From an uncultured virus (IMG/VR IMGVR_UViG_3300036760_000988) (lineage: Duplodnaviria; Heunggongvirae; Uroviricota; Caudoviricetes): DNA of 64,000 nt. Made by a program: the position numbers and the translations under genes. Where the stretch lies: the IMG/VR virus record IMGVR_UViG_3300036760_000988. The stretch is one strand, 5' to 3'. Positions 49,830 through 59,314 of this stretch are shown one piece after another; the stretch's first letter is position 1; every line of letters starts with the position of its first letter. The notes below the pieces were generated by a model that was not told the origin of the DNA, did not search any database, and saw only the letters and a list, made by a program, of their open reading frames with translations.

Positions 49830-50411
49830 TTAGCGTTGGAAGTTGCGAAACATCATCGAGGGGACAGGTATAGGATTTTTCTGAAACCCCTCCTGCTGAT
49901 ACTTGGATTTGGCGCGCTCCCCGTAGGTCGCGGACACCTTACCGCTCTCGAAGTAGATCAGCTGCCCGATGGGCATGCCCGCGAACACTCGTAGGGGGTG
50001 CACCACGACCATCTCCAACGTCCAGTGCCCGCAGAAGCCCACATCCCCGCGGCCGGCGGTGACATGGATGAACAGTCCAAGCCGGCCCAGCGACGATTTC
50101 CCGTCGAGGAAGGGTACGTGCCGGTGCGTCTCGGTGTACTCCTGCGTCACTCCCAGGTAGAGCGTTCCGGGGTAGAGGGTGCGCCCGTACTCCGCCGGGA
50201 TGTCCTCGTAGAAGACCTTGTTCTCGACGGTGACATCGAGCGCCTGTTCGATTTGGCGCTGCTCGACGCGATCTACGTCGTAGCGGGCCAAGGTCGACCC
50301 CAGGTGTACGTCGTACGAATTGGCGTTCAGGCACCTCATGTCGAACGGCGTGATCACGAGGTGCCCGTCGTGCCGCGCTTCCTGGATCTGGTTGTCGGAG
50401 AGAATCATCAC
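49830..50411 (-). CDS. dcd: dCTP deaminase
   Basis: ILSD, NSYDVHLG, GKSSLGRLGL, HVTAGRGDVGF.GHWTLE and GMPIGQL; upstream promoter TTGACT-17-TACCAT. Confidence 0.92.
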   Translation of the reverse strand: MMILSDNQIQEARHDGHLVITPFDMRCLNANSYDVHLGSTLARYDVDRVEQRQIEQALDVTVENKVFYEDIPAEYGRTLYPGTLYLGVTQEYTETHRHVPFLDGKSSLGRLGLFIHVTAGRGDVGFCGHWTLEMVVVHPLRVFAGMPIGQLIYFESGKVSATYGERAKSKYQQEGFQKNPIPVPSMMFRNFQR

Positions 50412-50479
50412 GCCCCCTCAGTCCGCCATGGTATGTACATGGTCGGAGGGAGTCAACAAAATTTTGTTAGAAACTGAAG

Positions 50480-50926
50480 CTAGGGGGTGATGAGGCGGGA
50501 ATCCGGCGTGAGAATGCGCGGGGCCTCCTGGCCGACGGCCACGAGATCGATGTGGAGGAGCGCGTCGGGGGCGAAGATCATCACCACGACCAAGGGGGTC
50601 TTCTCCCCGTTCTCCTTCTTCACGTTCCCGACGGTGATCAGCTCGTAGCAGCCTGGTACCTCCGCGAAGGGCTTGCAGAGCCCAGCGACGAAGCGCCCGT
50701 CCTTGAAGTGGAACTGCGCCTGGCACGCCTGCACCCGCCGGTCGGGGTTGCGCGGATCGGGCACCTCAGTGCCTTGGGTGATTAAGTAGTCCAGCAACGA
50801 TCGCATCTCGTTCATCGCGTGCTCCTCCTTTTCACAAGCGCAACAGGGACCATTTGGATACTTCTTCGACCAGAAGGGCTCGTACAGCGGGCGATGGCAT
50901 CCGCTGCAGAACCCGGTTGGGGACAT
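50480..50926 (-). CDS. hypothetical protein (start may be 50815)
   Basis: AGGAGG precedes the ATG at 50815. Confidence 0.55.
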   Translation of the reverse strand: MSPTGFCSGCHRPLYEPFWSKKYPNGPCCACEKEEHAMNEMRSLLDYLITQGTEVPDPRNPDRRVQACQAQFHFKDGRFVAGLCKPFAEVPGCYELITVGNVKKENGEKTPLVVVMIFAPDALLHIDLVAVGQEAPRILTPDSRLITP

Positions 50927-51082
50927 CTAGGTCTCCTTCTTGCGCTTGGCCTTGAGGAGCTGGTGACAGGCGGCGATCACCAGCGCGGTCACGTTCGAGC
51001 CCTCCAACACGGCGCGCTCCTCCAGCGCCCGCCAGAGATCGGCAGGGATCAGCATGTGCGCGTTGTGAAACTCCCGTGCCAT
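50927..51082 (-). CDS. ribbon-helix-helix DNA-binding protein (51 aa, not in the ORF track)
   Basis: MAREFHNAHMLIPADLWRALEERAVLEGSNVTALVIAACHQLLKAKRKKET; fills the gap between neighbours exactly. Confidence 0.7.
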   Translation of the reverse strand: MAREFHNAHMLIPADLWRALEERAVLEGSNVTALVIAACHQLLKAKRKKET

Positions 51083-52258
51083 CTACGAGGACTCCAAGAG
51101 GACCCGCAGCTGCGCTCCGACTGAGACGTAGCCGAAGCGCGCCACGAAGGACGCGCGATGCGCGGTGGTGCGCTGCCAGCGCTCGGTGTAGGCCCGGCGG
51201 AGGAGCGCCTTCGCGGTGTGCAGGTTCGGCTCCGCCCAGGACTGCTCACCGCTGATTCCCGTCGGGGCGCCCGGCGCGAGCTGCGCCAACTTAATACCAC
51301 CCACGTCCAGCTCCCCGATCTTGATCTCCGGGGTGATGGCCGGCGTGAGGAAGTAGGGCACGTACGTGGTCACGTACTCGTCGAGGAAGTCGCGCAGCCC
51401 CGAGAAGCCGGTGGCGATCACCGGGTTGCCCACGAGCGCGGCCTCGAACGCGCCGAGCCCCCAGCCCTCGCCCCGCGTCAGGGTGACGAAGCAGTGCGAG
51501 CGCCGGTGGAAGTCTCGCAGCGCCGTTTCCTCTAATCTTCCTTGCCGCCCGTCCCCCCACACGCCGTAGAACTCGATCTTGGGCGGGTTGGGGATTCCGA
51601 GGTGCCCAACCAAGCTCCGCACGTCGTCCTCGTTCACCGTTGGGGTCAGGATGCGCAGCACCACGTCGTCGTGGGCGCGGAACTCGGTCAAGTATGCCTT
51701 GAGGAGCCCGATCGGGTTCTTGCGATCGACCCAGGAGAGCACCGAGTAGAACGAATAGGGCGACTTCTTCGGCGCGGCCTCCTGTCCGGGGCTCCACCAG
51801 AACCGCGGGTCGAAGGTGTGTGGCACGACGTAGACCTTGGCGGCCGGCAACCCCGCCTTCACGAACACCTGGGCGTTGAAGTGTGAGGGCACGATCACCA
51901 GATCGAAGTGGCGGTCGAGGCACGCGGCGTCGGCGGGATGGATCGCGTCGGTCTCCCAGGTGGTGATCACGATCTTCTTGACGCCGGGGCCGGGGTCGAG
52001 ATCACCGGAGACGAACTCGTGCGCGTACTTCGGGATGGTGTGCACCACGACGTGGGTGGGGGACCACTCGGGCTCGGCTTCAGCGAACTCGATGAGCGCG
52101 CCGTAGCGGGGGTCGAGGTGATCCGTGTCCGCCTCGTGCAACGGGCGGATGTCGAGTCGCACGCCGGCCAGGTGCAGTGCCAGGAGGTAGTCGTGGCACG
52201 CCTGGCCGTAGCCGGTGCGCTGGGCGAAGGGCCCGTAGTAGCGGACGCGGGGGATCAT
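51083..52258 (-). CDS. GT-B (family 4-like) glycosyltransferase
   Basis: TGYG, TTWET, IVPS.FN, RKN..LLKAY and RGEGWGL..EA...G.PVIATG.SG. Confidence 0.9.
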   Translation of the reverse strand: MIPRVRYYGPFAQRTGYGQACHDYLLALHLAGVRLDIRPLHEADTDHLDPRYGALIEFAEAEPEWSPTHVVVHTIPKYAHEFVSGDLDPGPGVKKIVITTWETDAIHPADAACLDRHFDLVIVPSHFNAQVFVKAGLPAAKVYVVPHTFDPRFWWSPGQEAAPKKSPYSFYSVLSWVDRKNPIGLLKAYLTEFRAHDDVVLRILTPTVNEDDVRSLVGHLGIPNPPKIEFYGVWGDGRQGRLEETALRDFHRRSHCFVTLTRGEGWGLGAFEAALVGNPVIATGFSGLRDFLDEYVTTYVPYFLTPAITPEIKIGELDVGGIKLAQLAPGAPTGISGEQSWAEPNLHTAKALLRRAYTERWQRTTAHRASFVARFGYVSVGAQLRVLLESS

Positions 52259-53037
52259 TCCGGCTTGGTCTCCACCCCGTCGATCACGAACACCGCTTCC
52301 TTGTCCGTGCCGTCGGTCGGCATCATCGGGGCGCCGATGATCACACCACCCGTCTTGATCTCCGGCCGCAGCGGCACGTCCACGCGCACCAAGTTCGGCT
52401 TGCGCACGACCGCGGCCTTGCCGAGCGTCGTCCAGTCGAGGCAGTGCTCTAGCGCCCAGTCGGCGAAGGTGTGCTGGATGTTGTCCGGCCCCTGGAAGTC
52501 ATCAGCGACCAAGAAGCCGCCGGGGGCGAGCGCGTCGAGCGCGAAGGACAGCTCGAAGCGCAGGTTCTCCGGGCCGTGCTCGGAGTCGTGGACGAACAGA
52601 TCCCAGCCTCGCGGATGCAGCTTCTTCGTCTCGGCCAGGATCAGCGGCAGCTCGCGCCGCGAGGGGCCGCTCTTGAAGTGCCAGTACTCCTCGTACGCGC
52701 CCGGCCACTGGCGCTCCCAGATCTCCCTCATCCGGCACAGCGCGTGGGTCTCGTCGCGGTAGCAGGGATCGCAGGAGTAGAGCTGCCCGGCGCCGCGCGT
52801 CAGGAGCCCCTGCAGGAGGTACATGGTGGAGATGCCGGTCCGCACCCCGGTCTCGACCGCCACGAAGTCCTCGTGGTCGTTCGCGAGCACGAGCCCGAGC
52901 AGGAACTCCTGGAAGTGCAGCCCCACCTCGGCGTGCCGCGGCTGGTAGAAGCGCGTGGCGTCCGCGCGCATAGCGGCCACGAGGTGCGGGGGGAACAGGG
53001 TGGCGAGGTAGTCCCAGTCTTTGGCGTCGAGGCGCAT
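52255..53037 (-). CDS. class I SAM methyltransferase (Methyltransf_24-like)
   Basis: VETGVRTGIST, DLFVHDSEH and LAPGGFLVADD. Confidence 0.85.
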   Translation of the reverse strand: MRLDAKDWDYLATLFPPHLVAAMRADATRFYQPRHAEVGLHFQEFLLGLVLANDHEDFVAVETGVRTGISTMYLLQGLLTRGAGQLYSCDPCYRDETHALCRMREIWERQWPGAYEEYWHFKSGPSRRELPLILAETKKLHPRGWDLFVHDSEHGPENLRFELSFALDALAPGGFLVADDFQGPDNIQHTFADWALEHCLDWTTLGKAAVVRKPNLVRVDVPLRPEIKTGGVIIGAPMMPTDGTDKEAVFVIDGVETKPE

Positions 53038-53055
53038 TGTGGTGCTCCTTACAGT

Positions 53056-53628
53056 TTAGCGGGTGCTCGGGTACAGGAGGCGACGGAATAAGAATTCGAG
53101 CGCGTCGGGGGTGGGCGGGACCGTCACCAGATGGTCGCTACGGCCGATGAGCTGCCCCAGGAAGGCCGTTTGCTTGGGGGACAGCCCAATCACGGCCTGG
53201 TAGTCCTTGAGGGCCTGGCGCTCCTCGTGCTGGGGCATGATCACCTGCCCGTTGCGCTTCTCGAAGCCGACCAAGGCCACGTTGGGCACGCCGATGGTGT
53301 AGAGCCGGCAGAGATCGAAGGCCGCGGGTAGCTCGGCGTCGCCGTCTCCCAGGGGGAGCTTCCTGGCGGGTTGCCAGCTGCCGATCGCGGCGGCGACGAA
53401 GTTCACGTAGGTGCCGTTGGTCGAGCCGGTGAACAGGTGTGAATACCGCCCGTAGCGGGACTCGGGGCGGAGATCGGCGTTCTGCGAGTTGGCGAGACAC
53501 AGAAGCGGGAGCGCGGTTTGTGTTAGTGCTGTTAGATAGTCGAAGGCGAGGTCCGCGAACGTGCGGACGGTGCCCGCCGGGGCCATGGGTAGAAAGAAGC
53601 GTACGTCGGCCGAACCCCGCATGTACAT
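53056..53628 (-). CDS. hypothetical protein resembling the N-terminal half of the neighbouring glycosyltransferase
   Basis: VRFF...LAFDYLTAL parallels VRYY...ACHDYLLAL of 51083-52258. Confidence 0.45.
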   Translation of the reverse strand: MYMRGSADVRFFLPMAPAGTVRTFADLAFDYLTALTQTALPLLCLANSQNADLRPESRYGRYSHLFTGSTNGTYVNFVAAAIGSWQPARKLPLGDGDAELPAAFDLCRLYTIGVPNVALVGFEKRNGQVIMPQHEERQALKDYQAVIGLSPKQTAFLGQLIGRSDHLVTVPPTPDALEFLFRRLLYPSTR

Positions 53629-53737
53629 AGGGTTCTAACGGACGGGGTGGGGGAAGGTCAATACCTATCTAACCGGGCGCTTGCGCGCCACAACTGGAGC
53701 GGGCGGCTGCGCGATCAGATCAACGGGAAACGACGTG

Positions 53738-54076
53738 CTAGTGGAACTCGACGTAGATCTCCAGGTCGCCGGTCGGATTGAAGCTGCTGTTGTTGGTGAC
53801 CGTGATCAGGAAGTCGGCGAGGCTGCTGCCGCTCTTGATCGCGACTACGGAGGGTGTGGTGACATCCGAGATGACGGCATTCGCGTTGATCTGCACCTGC
53901 ACCGCGTCCTGCAACGAGACGGTCGCGTAGATCCCCCACTCCGGGGTGCTGAGATCGATGTCACCCGTGCCGCCGTCGAGGCCGATGGTGCCGACCGCGG
54001 CAGGATCCAAGGACACTTCGGTGATGCGGTACAGGCGATCAGAGATCTTCTTGACGACGGGCGTGCCGGTGAACAT
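53738..54076 (-). CDS. small beta-rich putative virion protein
   Basis: AAGGAG RBS; beta-strand pattern. Confidence 0.55.
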   Translation of the reverse strand: MFTGTPVVKKISDRLYRITEVSLDPAAVGTIGLDGGTGDIDLSTPEWGIYATVSLQDAVQVQINANAVISDVTTPSVVAIKSGSSLADFLITVTNNSSFNPTGDLEIYVEFH

Positions 54077-54085
54077 GTGGTCTCC

Positions 54086-54247
54086 TTAGCGGTGGACGAC
54101 CCGGACCTTGCCGGGGCGGATCAAGTACAGCCAGCCCGCGAACAGCGCCAGCGCGCCGACCACGAGCGAGGGGGTGGCGAAGTCGCCCAGCGAGGGGTGC
54201 ACGTAGTTGCCACGCCGCGCCACGTCATCAGACTTGAGGTAGGCCAT
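54086..54247 (-). CDS. small membrane protein (53 aa, not in the ORF track)
   Basis: MAYLKSDDVARRGNYVHPSLGDFATPSLVVGALALFAGWLYLIRPGKVRVVHR; AAGGAG RBS. Confidence 0.65.
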   Translation of the reverse strand: MAYLKSDDVARRGNYVHPSLGDFATPSLVVGALALFAGWLYLIRPGKVRVVHR

Positions 54248-54400
54248 CGTCTTCGGCTCCTTCGGGGGTGGCGCGGTATTCGCACGCCAAGCACGTGACT
54301 ACGATCTCGCCGTCGGGCTTGGTTTGAAAGACCCGCAAGGTGTTGCACGCGGGGCAAGGCCCCGCGGTCTCACCCTTGTCATTGTAGACGAACCCGCTGC

Positions 54401-54610
54401 TCATCGTTTCACCAACAGCGACGCCAGGAGTCCCGCCGCGCCCGCGAACCGCGCCGTGCGCGACGACAGCCCCACGAGCGACGCGGCGCCCATCGCCATG
54501 AGGCCCCAGCGCAAGTCGAGCTTGGCTTTGGTAGGTACTGCCCCCGCCGCCTCGTCACCCACGGCCATGAGCGTGGTCACCGAGTGCGGCCGGGACGGGG
54601 CGTAGGACAT
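54401..54610 (-). CDS. small membrane protein
   Basis: MSY start and hydrophobic C-terminal half. Confidence 0.6.
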   Translation of the reverse strand: MSYAPSRPHSVTTLMAVGDEAAGAVPTKAKLDLRWGLMAMGAASLVGLSSRTARFAGAAGLLASLLVKR

Positions 54611-54626
54611 CGCGACCGCGGGCATG

Positions 54627-55334
54627 CTAGGAGTCTACCTCGGAGGGCTTGCGCGTCGCAAGCTGGCCCCAGAGCATGAACAGCTCTAGTGGCGGGACAT
54701 CTTGATGGGCCCTACGGCGATCAAACGAACTTCCTGTCAGGGTGTCAACGCGGATTGCGTTTAGACGATCGATCGAGGTCGAGAGCCGGAAGGGTAGTAT
54801 CAGTGGCCCGAACCAAAATTCCCGAATGAGCATCTGACTTTTCTCGGGGGAGGGTGCGATGTGATTGAGACTGTTGAAAGCGCGTACCGCATCGCGATCG
54901 GTGTTGAAGACAAGCTCTCCCGAGAAGCTGCTGTTGTAGTTGCTCGTATGGCTGCGCGTCACGTTGTACCGCGTTGGACGTGGGGACATCTGCCAGTAGA
55001 GCCAGCGCACAGGATCGATCGGCGTAGAGTAGCGCCCGCCATGCGCGCCCTTGCCGACCCGCCGCACCAGGAAGGTGCCGGGACGCCGGCTCGTGCCATA
55101 GGCGGCGAGCACGCCATGATCCACGAGCCAGTCGGACATGACCTGATGCTCGGCGTCACCGGCGAATAGCGCTTCGAGGACGACCTCGATCGCGAGGAGA
55201 TCGAACAACTCCGCGCGATTCTCGTCGAGGGTGCTGTAGCTCAGCTCGAAGCCCCAAGGTCCGACCTGACCGCGCATGAGCGAGTCCTGCGGGAAGACGA
55301 ACTCCGCGTCGCCGATTTTGCGTCGGATCTCCAT
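54627..55334 (-). CDS. hypothetical protein
   Basis: Open frame adjacent to neighbours; lower GC in the 3' half. Confidence 0.55.
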   Translation of the reverse strand: MEIRRKIGDAEFVFPQDSLMRGQVGPWGFELSYSTLDENRAELFDLLAIEVVLEALFAGDAEHQVMSDWLVDHGVLAAYGTSRRPGTFLVRRVGKGAHGGRYSTPIDPVRWLYWQMSPRPTRYNVTRSHTSNYNSSFSGELVFNTDRDAVRAFNSLNHIAPSPEKSQMLIREFWFGPLILPFRLSTSIDRLNAIRVDTLTGSSFDRRRAHQDVPPLELFMLWGQLATRKPSEVDS

Positions 55335-56642
55335 TCAGCGTGGACAGCAGAAGCCGCAATGCCCCTCGGCGTTGCGGCGCCGCGGGTTCTCTCGCGGAGG
55401 GAGCCCGCGCAGCCGCTGCAGCGCCGGCTTCAGATCCTCCACCGTTTCGGGATCGATCCCGAGCGTCTCGACCAACTCGATGACCTTCTTCACCTCGTCC
55501 GTCTTCAGCGCGTAATCGAAGCCGACCTTGCCGAGGTCCCAGCCGGGCAGGCGATTGGCCTTGCCCTTGATCTGCACGATCTCGTTGATGAGGCGCCCCG
55601 GCCCCACGAGCGCCTCGATGGTGAATAGCGGCTTCCCGCTCGGCCGGCGCAGGGACAAGATCTTGGTGCGCCCGGCGCGCACCTCTTGGGCGTAGCGGTA
55701 ACGCGGATCACCGACGCACATGCCCATGGCCTTCGACTCGGCGGGCAGCTCCTCGGGGGTCAAATCCAGGACGAAAAACTTGTCGGGGAACGTGTGGAGC
55801 ACGCGCGCCTCGGGGGGGAGGGCGACGACCTCCTCCGCCTCGTCCGCCAGCGCGTCGATGCCCAGGGTCTGGGCGACCGCGGCCGAGAGCTTCTCCCAGT
55901 CGGGGTTCGCGTCGGACCAATAGGTCACGTAGCCGTCGATCTCCAGCGCGTACTTCTGCTGCTCCAGATCTTCCGGCTTGAGGGAGAGGTAGGTCGCGTG
56001 GTTGATCTCCGCGAGCGCCACCGCGATCTCATCGGGGTGCATGTGCTCGGTCAGCGCGTCGATCTCGTCGGCCTCGATATAGAAGCTCTGGTTGCTGGAG
56101 GTCTTCAGGAAGGCTTCACCGTACTCGTTGGTGCCGTAGGTGAAGTCCCAGTTGTTGTTGTCCTGCATCGCCTCCAGGAGCGCGGCCTCGATCTCGGCGT
56201 CATCGGATTGCGGCCGGAACTCGTTGAAGATCTCGGCGACGTGATCTTGATCGCGGTACGAGCGCCGCGCCATGTCCACGAAGTCGTCGGCGTACTCTCC
56301 GAACTCGTTGTCCCAGTCGTCGTCGAATTGATTGCTCAGATACTGCTCGTCCGGCTCCTCCAACCACTTGTGCCGACTGACGAACGCCTCTACGAGTTGG
56401 TCGATCCGCGCCTTGCTCGCCGGGTCGTGCTCGTGGATGTACTCCTGCAGGTGTTCATCCAAGTGTGCGAACTCCGCGTCATCGAAAGCATCACGAGGGA
56501 GCTGCTTGATCTCGGCCTCGCTCATGCCCCGCACGTCGGTCACGATCGCCGACTCGCCACCGAATAGGTCGGGGTGCAGGCCCACGCGGGGATTGCGCCG
56601 CGCAAGATCACTGGGCCGATCACTATGGAAGTGCTTCTTCAT
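55335..56642 (-). CDS. acidic protein with C-terminal PcfJ-like domain
   Basis: EL..ES..MGMCVG...Y...ILSLR...P..TIE...QIKGKAN. Confidence 0.65.
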   Translation of the reverse strand: MKKHFHSDRPSDLARRNPRVGLHPDLFGGESAIVTDVRGMSEAEIKQLPRDAFDDAEFAHLDEHLQEYIHEHDPASKARIDQLVEAFVSRHKWLEEPDEQYLSNQFDDDWDNEFGEYADDFVDMARRSYRDQDHVAEIFNEFRPQSDDAEIEAALLEAMQDNNNWDFTYGTNEYGEAFLKTSSNQSFYIEADEIDALTEHMHPDEIAVALAEINHATYLSLKPEDLEQQKYALEIDGYVTYWSDANPDWEKLSAAVAQTLGIDALADEAEEVVALPPEARVLHTFPDKFFVLDLTPEELPAESKAMGMCVGDPRYRYAQEVRAGRTKILSLRRPSGKPLFTIEALVGPGRLINEIVQIKGKANRLPGWDLGKVGFDYALKTDEVKKVIELVETLGIDPETVEDLKPALQRLRGLPPRENPRRRNAEGHCGFCCPR

Positions 56643-57013
56643 TACCGCTTCTTGCGCTTGAAGAACCACCACGCGAGGCCCGCGAGCAGGAGCAGCTTGG
56701 GCGCGGTCGGGGTGAGCACCCCCGCGAGCCCGTTCAGGTAGAGCGTGCCGCCCCCCTCGGTCATGCCCCCCAGCGCGGACGGCCAGCAGTACTGGCCGTT
56801 GGCGTCGCGGTAGACCCCGACGGTGTTCCCGGGCGGCGGTTGAGCACTACAAAAAATGCGCTCGCCGCCCCCGTAGTACCCCGGGTCGTAGAGGGGGCCG
56901 GCGTAGAAGCCGCCGCGCCCGCCACCGCCGTGGTGACCGCCGTGACCCCCGTGGTGGCCGCCGTGGTGTCCGCCGCCCGCGAGCGCGCGGTACTGTGGCT
57001 TGTGATAGCTCAT
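56642..57013 (-). CDS. Gly/His-rich virion membrane protein
   Basis: GGAGG RBS; MSY start; C-terminal LLLLAGLAWWFFKRKKR. Confidence 0.7.
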   Translation of the reverse strand: MSYHKPQYRALAGGGHHGGHHGGHGGHHGGGGRGGFYAGPLYDPGYYGGGERIFCSAQPPPGNTVGVYRDANGQYCWPSALGGMTEGGGTLYLNGLAGVLTPTAPKLLLLAGLAWWFFKRKKR

Positions 57014-57501
57014 CGCCGACCTCCTCGTCCGGGCGCGGGTGTGCGCCCCATCAAGCGTTGCATGGGCCCGCCCGGGGGATGTTGTTTGGGCCGCAGCTCG
57101 GGCCCTTCGTCCAGCTCGCCGGGCCGCGTGTGGACGGGCCGCCGCGCGCCGAGCGCTGTGGGAGACCGCGCTTCGATCTCGCCGGCCAGGATTTCGCTGG
57201 CGCCACGGGGGGTGAAGGTCCCCGTGTACGCGTCGGCCATGTCGAAGTCGTAGCCCGCGAGCTGCGCCACCAAGGACAAGAGCCCGATGGTATCTGGCCC
57301 ACCGCGGTCACCTTGATCGAAGACCCGGAGCCATTCCGAGGTCGGGACCGACATCACCGTGATGTCGGAAGGACGCCCCTCCATCTCGAAGCGGATATCG
57401 TGTCCCCGCATGATCCCCCAGTTGATCTTGCCGCGCTCGCCAAAGAGCAGCCGGGTCAGCTGGTCGACGGCGACGATGAGGTTCTGGCGCTGACTGATCA
57501 T
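57010..57501 (-). CDS. hypothetical protein
   Basis: AAGGAG RBS before MISQRQ. Confidence 0.6.
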   Translation of the reverse strand: MISQRQNLIVAVDQLTRLLFGERGKINWGIMRGHDIRFEMEGRPSDITVMSVPTSEWLRVFDQGDRGGPDTIGLLSLVAQLAGYDFDMADAYTGTFTPRGASEILAGEIEARSPTALGARRPVHTRPGELDEGPELRPKQHPPGGPMQRLMGRTPAPGRGGRR

Positions 57502-57512
57502 ACCTGCTCCTT

Positions 57513-58010
57513 CTATACGTCCCGGGCGATCCCGTGATCGATCGCGACCCGCCAGGGGCACAGCCCCAGGCCAAACTCCAGCCGGCCCGCGTTGGCGGCC
57601 GGCAGCTCCCAGGTGCAGCCGAACCGCTCCACCGACAGCCCGCGCACCGGGTCCCAGGACATGGCCTTCTGCGAGGACTTGATCGACAGCCCATGTGGCG
57701 CGGGCTTGGTCTCGCCCGTGCCCTCGCACGAGGGACACAGCGGGCGCTCCGCCTCGGTGCAGGTGCACGGCACGAGGTGCTTGGGCGTGCACACCGGGCA
57801 GATCAGGTGGAGCATGTACTCGCGCTTGGACCCTTCGCCAACGAGGTAGAGATCGCCCTCCAGTACGAAGTCGCCGTACTTGCCCGTGTAGCGGATCAAC
57901 GGGTGGGCGTACGCGCGCCGGGTGAGATCGTGGGTCAGCGAGAGCCCGTGGGTCTCGTCACCGGCGATCTGGAAGCACTCCTCATTTTGCTTGATCGGTA
58001 GGTTGGGCAT
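57513..58010 (-). CDS. Cys-rich hypothetical protein
   Basis: CPVC, CTC and CPSC motifs. Confidence 0.55.
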   Translation of the reverse strand: MPNLPIKQNEECFQIAGDETHGLSLTHDLTRRAYAHPLIRYTGKYGDFVLEGDLYLVGEGSKREYMLHLICPVCTPKHLVPCTCTEAERPLCPSCEGTGETKPAPHGLSIKSSQKAMSWDPVRGLSVERFGCTWELPAANAGRLEFGLGLCPWRVAIDHGIARDV

Positions 58011-58088
58011 GGGCTTCAGTCTATCAATTTCGTCGGTACCCGGGTGAGCGATCGTGTTGTGCGGGCGTCCCCGCCCACACGTCACGGG

Positions 58089-58526
58089 TCACCGCCTGCG
58101 CTTGCGCGTCGCAACTCGCTGCTTGCGCTTGAGGAACCACCACAGCGCCCCTGCGCCACCCGCGAGCAGGAGCCACTTGGTCATGCTGCCACCGACGCCC
58201 GCCGTGAGCGCGCCACCACCCCCCTCGATCTGCGGCGCGACCTTCTCGAAGGTGGCCTGCGCGGCGGCGGCATGTTGCGCAACGGCCGCCTGCTGCGCGG
58301 GCGTCGCGGGGGGATGCACCGTGTTCGGGTTGAGCGCGGCGTTGATCCCTTGTGGGGTCAAGACCAGTGCCAGGATCTGCTGCGTCCGTGCCGCCCCGTA
58401 TTTCTTGATCAACTCGGGGATGATCGCATCGCGCTGTGCCGGGTTGAGCAGCGCCCGCGTGATCGTCGCGATCTGCTGCGCGGTGAGCCCGAGCGCCATT
58501 GACAGTGGCGAGCCAAAGAGCGGCAT
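58089..58526 (-). CDS. virion membrane protein
   Basis: C-terminal WLLLAGGAGALWWFLKRK...RKRRR. Confidence 0.7.
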   Translation of the reverse strand: MPLFGSPLSMALGLTAQQIATITRALLNPAQRDAIIPELIKKYGAARTQQILALVLTPQGINAALNPNTVHPPATPAQQAAVAQHAAAAQATFEKVAPQIEGGGGALTAGVGGSMTKWLLLAGGAGALWWFLKRKQRVATRKRRR

Positions 58527-59314
58527 TACCGTCGCCTCCGCGGATTCCGTTTTTTGCGGAAGAACAAGAAGTACCCGGCGCCCAGGCCGCCCAGGATCAA
58601 GAGCCAGGGCGTCTTCTTCGTTGGTACTGTCGCCTTCGCGGGACCCACGGTCGCGGTCGCGGTCTCGGTCTCCACGACCGGGCCGCCGCCTCCACCTGCG
58701 TCCGGCAGAGGGGCAACGCCCGCGTCTTCGCTCTCCGCGCCCCAGGGCTGCTCGTCGGCGGGTAGTTCACTCGATGCGCCTCCCCCGCCCGCGCCGGGGC
58801 TCCAGGCGCCGCCGCCACCCCCGCCGCTCGAACCGCCACCGCCGCTGCCCGTGCCCGTGCCCGTGCCCGTCCCCGGAGGGGGCGGAGGCGGTGAGGTCAT
58901 GCTCGTGACGATGGCACGCTTCTTCAGTCCCGGCACGGTCACGATCGTGGTACGTCGACCCCCCGCGGGGGCGTTGCCGCGCGCGGGGGTCGTACCGCGT
59001 GCAGGTGGAGGCGCGGCGGTGAGCTGCGTGTACTTGCGCTCGCCCAGGCGCAGGAGCGCGTCGAGCTTCGAGACTAGGTAGTCGCCGCGCATCTTCGTGG
59101 TCGGCGCCGACGGTTGCCCGGTCTGCTGGGCGACGATGTTCCACTGGTTGCGCGTCGCCACCGGCAAGGTGATCTGTCGGTCCTTGAGGGGCTGTGCGGG
59201 GGCGGTGACCATGGTTCGCCACGCCGCGAGAGCGTTGAGCAGCCCCCGCAGGAGCGCGGCCGGGGTCGCGGGACCACCGCCAAACAGCCCACCACCGATC
59301 GCGATGTAGCTCAT
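58526..59314 (-). CDS. low-complexity virion membrane protein
   Basis: MSY start, Pro/Gly linker, C-terminal TM segment plus RKKRNPRRRR. Confidence 0.7.
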   Translation of the reverse strand: MSYIAIGGGLFGGGPATPAALLRGLLNALAAWRTMVTAPAQPLKDRQITLPVATRNQWNIVAQQTGQPSAPTTKMRGDYLVSKLDALLRLGERKYTQLTAAPPPARGTTPARGNAPAGGRRTTIVTVPGLKKRAIVTSMTSPPPPPPGTGTGTGTGSGGGGSSGGGGGGAWSPGAGGGGASSELPADEQPWGAESEDAGVAPLPDAGGGGGPVVETETATATVGPAKATVPTKKTPWLLILGGLGAGYFLFFRKKRNPRRRR

